A stretch of 64,000 nt of DNA from NCBI RefSeq assembly GCF_009914755.1, contig NC_060940.1. The stretch is one strand, 5' to 3'. The notes below the pieces were generated by a model. The model saw only the letters and a list, made by a program, of their open reading frames with translations, ran no database searches and was not told where the DNA came from. This document shows positions 55,320 through 64,000 of this stretch, piece after piece; position 1 is the stretch's first letter; every line of letters begins with the position of its first letter. This DNA comes from the human T2T-CHM13v2.0 reference genome, Homo sapiens. A program made the position numbers and the translations under genes.

Positions 55320-55689
55320 AATAACTCATCTTCCCACATCATCTTCCCTGATGTGGGAAGATGAGTTATTGAGTCTTCCTTGAATTGGGAAGGAGACTTT
55401 CACAAGTTTTGGTTTCTCAATATATGACAAAGCATGAACCGTGGGGAGGGAAGGCAAATCGTGCCACCAGTGCGCTTGGCCTTGGCTGGCTCAGGCCACC
55501 CTTAGCACTCATCAGCTTGCTTTGGATGTTTGTATGTTATCCTCATGTCTTTCTTCTCACTAGACCATGAGTATCTCCATGCCGGGCACCATCTCCTATT
55601 TAGTTCAGTAAAGATTTATTAAGTACACACTTCATGGTTAGCATTGAATATATAAAAATAATTATAATGATATATAATAAAAACAATAA

Positions 55690-55995
55690 TAATTAAAATG
55701 GTAGAAGCTAATACACACTGAGAACTGGTTTTATGCCAAAACTTTTTCTAAGCACTTTACATATATTGGTTCATTTTGCAATCATGTTGGTGATTGCAAA
55801 ATGAATTAATACTGGTAATCAAAGCAACCTTCGGATATATAATAGGTATTATCAGTATTATTATTATTGTTTCCATTTTACAAATGAGCAAACTGAGAGG
55901 TCAAGATTCTTGCTTGAGGTCCCATAGCTAGAAAGTGCAGAGTGAGGATTTGAAGCCCTGCAGTCTGATTCTAGGTCCCGTGATCCTGCTCTTGA
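55690..55995 (-). mobile_element. MIR SINE with hairpin insertions
   Basis: 'ttctaagcactttacatatatt' ... 'ccattttacaaatgagcaaactgag...ggtcccatagctagaaagt'. Confidence 0.8.
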
Positions 55996-56237
55996 GGCAC
56001 TTAGTAGAGATTCTGTTCTTCACTGAAGTCCCCTAGCACCCCGGCTCCTTAAATGGAGGCAGACAGCAAGCAAGTATGGGAATGCAGGAAACAAAACTTG
56101 GGCATCCTTCTACATTATCAATCTTCAAAGAAGATTGAGAAGTTAAGAGGGTAGAGGCTGGCTGCTTTATTAGTAAAAATATAAAACACGATCATTCTGT
56201 TAAATTGTTCATGAGATCGGAGATTATTATAATCTCT

Positions 56238-56897
<660 letters not shown>

Positions 56898-57404
56898 GCA
56901 CCTTCACTGTTAAACAATAACTTTATAGCCACATTATGAAGATGAATGCAAAACCTGCAAGATTTTGAAGTTGAAACAGGGACTGTCAGATTATGTGATG
57001 AAACTGCCAAAATTATGGCAGTTAGTGGTGATGTCCCCAGAGCCTCAGGGGTACATGTTCACCGTCTCCGCTTGCCTCAGAATTGGTGTAATGTTGTAAA
57101 GCTTCCAGCTAGGGGATACGGAGCGTTCAAAGCAGGGTTGTTGAATGTTTGCTCAACATCTCTACTCCTGTGTCTCTTCTTTGAGGTCTTTCTTAAGGGG
57201 TGAGCTTCAGCCTTGAGAAGTGAATGGTTTCCTAATTTGGTTTGTAGGCTCCAGAATGCACCAGGAGGAGCCAGTGAGGCCGTGATGGAAGGGTGGATGG
57301 TTGATTTTGGTGTTTTTATTACTGCCCACATTCCAGGGTGTAGGTTCTATTTCTGTTGTTCAATTATATTATATTATGTACTTAGGACACTGAAGGAATT
57401 AACC

Positions 57405-57505
57405 AGAAAGAAAAGAAGAGAAGAAGGAGAAGAAAGAAGAAGAAGAAGAAGGAGAAGGAGAAGGAGACGAGGGAAGAGGGAGAAGAGAGAGAAGAGGGAG
57501 GAAAA

Positions 57506-57536
<31 letters not shown>

Positions 57537-57599
57537 GGGAGGAAGGAGAAAGGAGGAAGGAGGAGGAGGAGAAGAAGAAGAGGAGGAGGAAGAAGAAAA
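57405..57599. repeat. Polypurine (GAA/GGA) tract
   Basis: Directly visible; nearly pure A/G. Confidence 0.97.
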
Positions 57600-57711
57600 T
57601 GTGAGTGCATGAGAGTCTAACATCTTGGCGTCTCTGTAAAAATGGGTAATTTGGCACCGTCCACCTTGTTGTGTTGTGACTTCTTAGATAAATACTCCCA
57701 TCTTGATATTT

Positions 57712-57925
57712 CATTGGTGTCAAAGAGTGCAGGCTGTGGAGTTACACTTCGAGGGTTCAAATCCCAGCTCTATTTAGAATTTGGACAACTTATTAGACTT
57801 CTGTGCTTAGTTTTCCCATATGCCAAATGGGGTACCCTTCATAACTATGAATCATTTATTGTACAAGCTCCCAGAATGGTGGGCAGGGCATGATAAAGTT
57901 GGTACGGACTCTATAAATAAGTGTC
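57712..57925 (+). mobile_element. MIR SINE
   Basis: 'gggttcaaatcccagctct...ttggacaacttatt...ttctgtgcttagttttcccatatgccaaatgggg'. Confidence 0.8.
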
Positions 57926-58974
57926 ATTGATTATTTGTGGTAGTCAGAGGTATGGGAACTTGATGTAATTACAATATTCTCAGAGCATCTGAGAAAAACT
58001 GATAGTATTTACTCCTTGACTTGGGGATAGAGTTTTGTGTTTGCTTTTAAAGTGCTGGGGAGAAGACGTCACCCCTTTTGCCACGTTGTTCTGTATCCTT
58101 CCCCCTCTTCAGTGTCAGTTCATTTGCAACACCACTCTTGGCCAAGCCACGTATTTAGACTCATGGAAGGGGATACATGCGGGCCTATAAATGATAGGTA
58201 AACAGCCCAGCTACTGAGTTTAGCTCCCTCCTGAGTCACGCCCTGCCCCACCCTGGCTCCCTGAGTGACCTCATACCTCTTCCTAATATCAGTCCATTTC
58301 CCCATCACCCTGGCCAGAGCACTTTTTCTGAGCTCACCTTGTCTGTGACAAAGCTAGGTGATTTTCCATGGGTCACCAGCAACTTCTGGTCTCGGGTGTG
58401 CAAGTTCCATATTGCCTGGGGTTGCTGCTATCTGTCACTCTATCTCTGTATTTCTTGACTGGAAGACAACACTCCAAACAGCACCCCAAACCAGCCCTTC
58501 TCAGGAAGTTTTGCTTCCTGCCTCAACTCACCAAAACTTCCCTTATAACTTATTATTACTCTTTTGTTTCTAAGTCTTACATTCTTCCCAAACATAGGAC
58601 TTTACACTCTCGTGGGACTGTCTTTCCTATCTGAAGCAAACATCCCCAACCCAATTTGTATATAACATGTGATGATTATAGCATCTAAAGTGCGTCAGAG
58701 CTGACTATGGGGTAGGCACTCTTATTCACAAGAGTGCTTGCAATTGTCAGAAAAACTATAACACCGAGACACTACTACCTCCATTTTATATATAAGAACA
58801 CTGAAGTCAGGGAAGGAAGCAACATGCTATAGATACAGGGCCGGAAAGAGGTACAGTAATAAAAGCTGCGGGTGTTTGACTCAGGAGCCAATACTCTTTT
58901 CTCTATCCCAATATTTCCTTTATGGACACTGAGACCATCATTAACCATCTTCCCCATATGACCATTTAAGAATG

Positions 58975-59135
58975 ACTTAATGGGTATGGGGTTCCTTTTG
59001 GGGGTGATGAAAACATAATGCAGTTAAATAGTGATGATGGTTACATGATTCTATGAATACAGTAAAATGCACTGAATTGTGCACTTTAAGTGTACATTTT
59101 ATGGTATGTGAGTTATATCTCAATAATAATAAAAG
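58975..59135 (+). mobile_element. L1MB 3'-terminal fragment
   Basis: 'aatgggtatggggttccttttgggggtgatgaaaa...cactgaattgtgcactttaa...gagttatatctcaataa'. Confidence 0.88.
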
Positions 59136-59294
59136 TAACCCATTCATACCCCTATACTCTAATGACTCAGCCCAGTTAGAGAGCAAATGTGAATAATTTA
59201 TCACCTCTGATGGCTTTCCGTCACACTTAGAAAAAGTCCAAATGACTTTCAGACATTTAGCAGACTCTGAGGGTGCCCGACCCTTGTCATCCAG

Positions 59295-59668
59295 CACTTA
59301 CCCTTCCTGATCACACCTGCCCAGCAGCATCCCACTGCAAACACCTGCAACTCCTCACCTGGGGATTGTGCCTTCTTCAGAAGAGCCAGGAAGTACAAAT
59401 AAATTTAATCTTAGGCTCCTTAGGGAGCCTAAGATGGGTGGAGGAGTAAGAAGCCCACTTCTCTCCGGAGGAAGCAGTGTGCAACGTGCTGTGTACAGCC
59501 CCATAGGATTGAGCCCCATATGGTAGCCAGGTCAATAACACACCCTTAATTGGAACCTTTCCCCTCCCTCTCTCACTTCCCACTCACCTTATTGTGCCCT
59601 CCCAAATAGCTGTTTGTACTCAAACCTTCATCTTGTGGTTTTCTTATGGCGAGCCCCAACCTAAGACA
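59295..59668 (+). mobile_element. LTR16-like (ERVL) LTR
   Basis: 3' end 'ctcacttccccactc...cctcccaaata...tactcaaacc...cccaacctaagaca' type motif; 5' boundary uncertain. Confidence 0.7.
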
Positions 59669-59672
59669 AGGC

Positions 59673-59701
59673 TTTTTTTTTTTTTTTTTTTTTTTTTTTT
59701 T
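59673..59701. repeat. Pure T29 run
   Basis: Directly visible. Confidence 0.97.
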
Positions 59702-60011
59702 GACATAGCTGCCACCTATCTCTTTGACTTCATCTACACTTTGCTTCCTACCTGACTAGGTTACACCCATACTGAACTTTTTTCCCTTCTCAACACACCA
59801 AGTTCATTCCTCCCTTAGGTCCTTTGCATTTGCACTTGGTCCTTTTTGCCCATACTACCGTACCTTGGTGGCCTCTTCTTGTTTTGTGGCCACAGCTCAA
59901 ATGTCACCCTCTAAAAGAAATCTTTCTTGAACTCCGCCTAAATAATCTCAGTGCACCATCCCATACCCAACCAGACCCCATTTTGTTACTCCAGTGCATC
60001 TCCACATACCA

Positions 60012-60425
60012 GTACGTGCTGGAAGTTTTTGGTTTGCTCATCTAGCTATACAGGCTCCACCTTTCCCCATCCTCTTCTGTGCCAAGGGAGGCTGATCCTT
60101 ATGGACTGCAGTAGTGGGTTCCCTGAATCTCAGGCTTCCAGTTGGATTTAGCTGGGGGAGGGCAGTCAGGCAATAGGAGTATGAATCAGAATAATGATGT
60201 CCCCAGTCCCCTTCCTCCTGGGCTGCCATGGATTAAGGACGCGCTGCTTCTGAAGTTTGGGTTTGAATCGGGTGGTCCTTTCCTTCAAGCCTGGTTCTGC
60301 TAACAGCTCCCTGCAATTGCTAGCTCTGGGGTACTGCACCATCCTTCCTTTGTCCACTGTGAACCTACTCATACCTTTATGAATAGTCCTGTATGAAATT
60401 CTCCTTAATGATTCCATTTGTGTCA
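60012..60425 (+). mobile_element. LTR33-like (ERVL) LTR
   Basis: 'ctgtgccaagggaggctgatccttatggactgca...ggcttccagttggattt', 'tgctagctctggggtactgcaccatcc'. Confidence 0.75.
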
Positions 60426-60499
60426 TGGGTTTAGTAGCGTGTGTGTGTGTGTGAGAGAGACAGAGACAGAGACCTAGCTGTTAAAACTCACAATTAAAT

Positions 60500-60670
60500 T
60501 GTTTTATTATTTTCAGCATTTACATTTCTGTTGTCTAACACCTTCTACAAGAATATAAACCCCACAAAGGGAGAAACCTGGTCTTCCTTGTTCACAGCAT
60601 GACTGTATTCTCAGTAGCTGAAACCATGCTAGGCATAAATTAGTCACTTAATAATTTTTTTAAATGTATA
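60500..60670 (+). mobile_element. L2 3' end (continues L2 pieces at about 59180-59290 and 59720-60000)
   Basis: 'gaatataaaccccacaaagggagaaacctggtcttccttgttcac...aggcata...cacttaataa'. Confidence 0.65.
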
Positions 60671-61329
60671 CTGTATTTATCTGGAAATTTTTAGCAAAGA
60701 AAAGCTGACATGTTGCTAATGGATCAGGTTACCTACATTTCTTGGGGTGTCCCTCTTTTTCTAGTCCCGTTGCAGCTTCCAGGCAACTAGGTTTTCTGAG
60801 TTCATGCTTTTTTTTTTTCTTTCAATCCCTTTGGCCCTGGATGCTGCGACATCGGGTTGCAAATGAGTTTTTCTCTGGCATGGATTCAGCTGTAAACTGC
60901 TTCTGTTACAGGTTAATAAAACCTAGGAAATTACCTCCGAACAGCCAGAAATACATTGTGGAAAAATGAGGAGGCAGTTGAGAAATAAGGATTTGAGTTT
61001 TCAACATTTATGTTGGCTTTCACTCCTAATAAATATTTAAGTTAAATTGAATTTTACTTAACTTGATGACTATTTAACTTTAATAGTCATTGTTTATAAC
61101 AGTATTTTCAGCAAATGTTTAGTGAAGACTCTTTGGCTCTTAACCAAAATGCATTATCAGAAAACACCTTTCTCTTTCTACTATAAATTTATAACTGGAA
61201 GTTTAGTCATGTAATTGTTGTATGAAGCCAATTTCAGTTGTTTTTCTTTGTAGAAAAACAGATGGAAAAGAACTCCTTTGCATTTGGAATTTACGTGGTA
61301 TGATTTACTTCATAGGATAAGTTGGAAAT

Positions 61330-61830
61330 CACAGTAGGCAAAATGGTGCCCTTTTTCCAAGATTTCCATGCCCTAATCTTCAGAACCTGTGACTATGTTA
61401 CTTTCCTTGGCAAAGAATTAAGATGGCAGATGAAATTAAGGTTGTTCATCTACTCAATTTAAAATAGGAAGATTATCCTGGATTATTCAGGCAGGTCCAA
61501 TCTAACGACAAAGGTTTTTAAAAATGGAGGAGAGGGCAGAAGATGATCACAGAGAGATGTGATGTGAAAAAGACTCAACTCACCATTGCTGGTTTGAAGA
61601 TGGAGGAAGGGGCCATGAGCCCAGGAATCCAGGTAGACTCCAGAAGCTGAAAAAGGCAAGAAATGGGTTCTCCTGAGAGGCTTCAAAGGAATGTAGTCCT
61701 GCTGACACTTTGATTTTAGTGAGACCCATGTTAAAATTCTGACCTTCAGAACTCTAAGATGATAAATCTGTTGTTTGAAGACACCAAGTTTTTGGTAATT
61801 CGCTACATCAGCCATAAAAAAACTCCTGCA
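61330..61830 (+). mobile_element. MLT1D-like solo LTR
   Basis: 'cagaacctgtgactatgtta', 'gattatcctggattat', 'ggtttgaagatggaggaaggggccatgagcc', 'cctgctgacactttgattttag'. Confidence 0.9.
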
Positions 61831-64000
61831 GGAAGTTAACTGCATTCTCCCCCTAGAGGGGTAGCCATAGTATCTCTCTTCCATACTAGATATCTTTATT
61901 TTTGCATGAAATTTCAATCCAGCAAACATGAGCACAGAGTCACTTGGGTACACTTTTAAGTTTCCATTAAGTCATTTATTTTACAAGTATATAGTACATT
62001 CCAAGTATTCCCATCAAAATGGGAGGTGCCCATAAATCAAAGTAGATTTAATCTTTCAATTCCCAGCTCTTTTGCAAGAAGCAAAGAAGAGAAAAAAATG
62101 CAAGCACCTAACATTGTGTTGAATATGGAAAGAATATAGAAGTGCAGCTCTTCACTTTTTCCACCCAGCAGAGGTGGTGAACTGCAGTACCAGGGTTAAT
62201 ACCCATGAATAAGATTAGACCTGAATTGTGAGGGAAATAGTAGATGCCTAGAACAGTATGTTATTTTGAAATTACATTTTCCTACTTCTTGCTTTCCTGC
62301 TTCCATGGTGTGAAGGGAGCTTGTGCTTCTTGACGTGTTCCAGCTAGCTGAGACGCTCCGAGTGCGCCAAATGACTCAGTCTCTGGACTACTACCAATGT
62401 TTTTTAGGATTGAATCCTGCTCTTATTTTCTAAGGAACAATGTTTAACTGGTCTCTGTGGCATGGTGTCAACTGACATCACCCTTTAATTGCAGATATGT
62501 CACATTAGACTATCCCCAGTATTGAGGGAAAGATCTCAAGTCAAGTTAAACATTATGATGGAGGCTGTGGGTGCATTTTTTCACACTCCTGGTCAAGGGG
62601 AGGGCCCATGTCATGAGGATAGGTATATTTTGAGCCCTCTCAATATGACCCCAAAAATGCTAATGCAAGTCCAGTTTATCAAACAGCTATATAGCAAGCC
62701 AGTATGAAAATCCCTCTGGAGGGTACATCATTTTGCATTCATCTATTTTAAGTAACTCTTGTGAATCAGATAGTGCTCAAAACATATCAAGCTCAGTTCA
62801 CACCAAAAAGTGGTTTTTTGAAATTTCTCTTTGTGATTATGAATGTATGTGCAATGAATTATGAGACTCAAAATAAGTATTCCCATATGATTGCTTAGGG
62901 ATTTTGAAATTTAATATCTACATGAAAGATGATGAAGTCATCTGCCCAGTGGCCTCTGAGTGAGCAAGGTCCTGTGAAAAAGATCCTGCTCAAACTTGTT
63001 TTTAGTACCAGGAGACTAGAAGTGAATACAGGGAGAGCTGACCTTTGTACGGGTCCTTTATAGAACTGTTGTTCATCCAGATCTGATCTCGCACAAAGTC
63101 ACTGGTTGGCCCCAGATAAGACATTCAACCTCTCTTTTGCATGAAGAACAACACCTGACTTTATTATCTTAAAATAACGAGAGTTGGTGATCTCTCACAC
63201 TTGTGAGAACTGAGAGAGGGGATCTGCTTAAGGACCCCCAGGGAGGTCTTAGGAGGCTCTCCACTTCCTGGAGAATGAAGGTAACAAACCTGTAGGAGCC
63301 TTGAAGGAGGTGTGGAGACAAAAACACATCAACAGAAGACTTATCACAATGCTATTGGGAGTCTTTGGATTTTCCTTAAAAGAGAATTTAGTTCTCTGGC
63401 TGAGGGGTACAGATCTTCCCCCTTTATGGGCAGATATATAGAAGAATGTAGCACAGAAGCCAGCTCTAAGTAGAAAGCAAAGACGGGAAAACCAAGAAAG
63501 CAGAGTTTATGAGCTAGACATGGCATTGGGGGTATGGTGAGAATCAGATAGCAAGATGGCAGACCAGGAAGTGTCCATTTCAAGAAGGTTTTCCAAGGCA
63601 TTCACAATGCGCACTGGACTAATTTCATACAGACTCTTTACTGTGGGGTTTCTTTTCTCAGTTGTATTCTGATGCCCATGTGTTAGGTCTTTGAGTTTTA
63701 TGGGTATGGTCTTCTGTTCCTCGTATTTGACTGGTGAGCTCTGATCACCTGTGTTGTCTGCCCCATTGCAGCTCTGCAATGAAGGAGGGAGGGAGCCAGG
63801 GATAGCATGGGTATGAAGGAGCAGGGGACAATTGCTTGGATGACAACTGCAGAAGGAATGCAAGTAGAGCAAGGGTCACATAAAGCCTTTGTGATGGCCC
63901 CTTCAAAACCAGCTAATGTCAACTTTGTCAGTGCCACCCACTTAGACTAGGGACACTCCTCATAATCAGGATATCATTTAAATACATTGGACATCATGTG

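Noticed and set aside
57213-57723. Arg/Lys-rich, protamine-like ORF and its antisense ORFs
   Set aside because: Derived from the GAA/GGA tract.

Overview
Primate (very likely human) non-coding genomic DNA, either intronic or intergenic. I find no credible protein-coding gene, RNA gene or CpG island. About half of the window is interspersed repeat. It holds 16 Alu-family elements (FLAM, AluJ, AluS, AluY), a young L1PA2-like insertion with a twin-primed 5' inversion, and older L1PA16, L1MB and L1ME pieces. It also has solo MaLR/ERVL LTRs (THE1, MLT1, LTR16, LTR33), hAT MITEs (MER5, MER20, MER58, Charlie), a mariner MADE1 nested in an Alu, many MIR and L2 relics, and long simple-sequence tracts. 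The only ORF with real protein homology is a C-terminal L1 ORF2p fragment; the rest are Alu or low-complexity artefacts or chance ORFs. I do not see a new gene system. The least explained structures are three. First, a 14.5-15.8 kb mosaic built from copies of nearby segments, which can be dated by an LTR end and an Alu. Second, a series of perfect short hairpins and a direct-repeat-flanked hairpin insertion that look like template-switch or end-joining scars. Third, a plus-strand bias of the LTRs, which hints at a minus-strand host transcript. Repeat subfamily calls are from recalled consensus sequences, and boundaries of old repeats are approximate.
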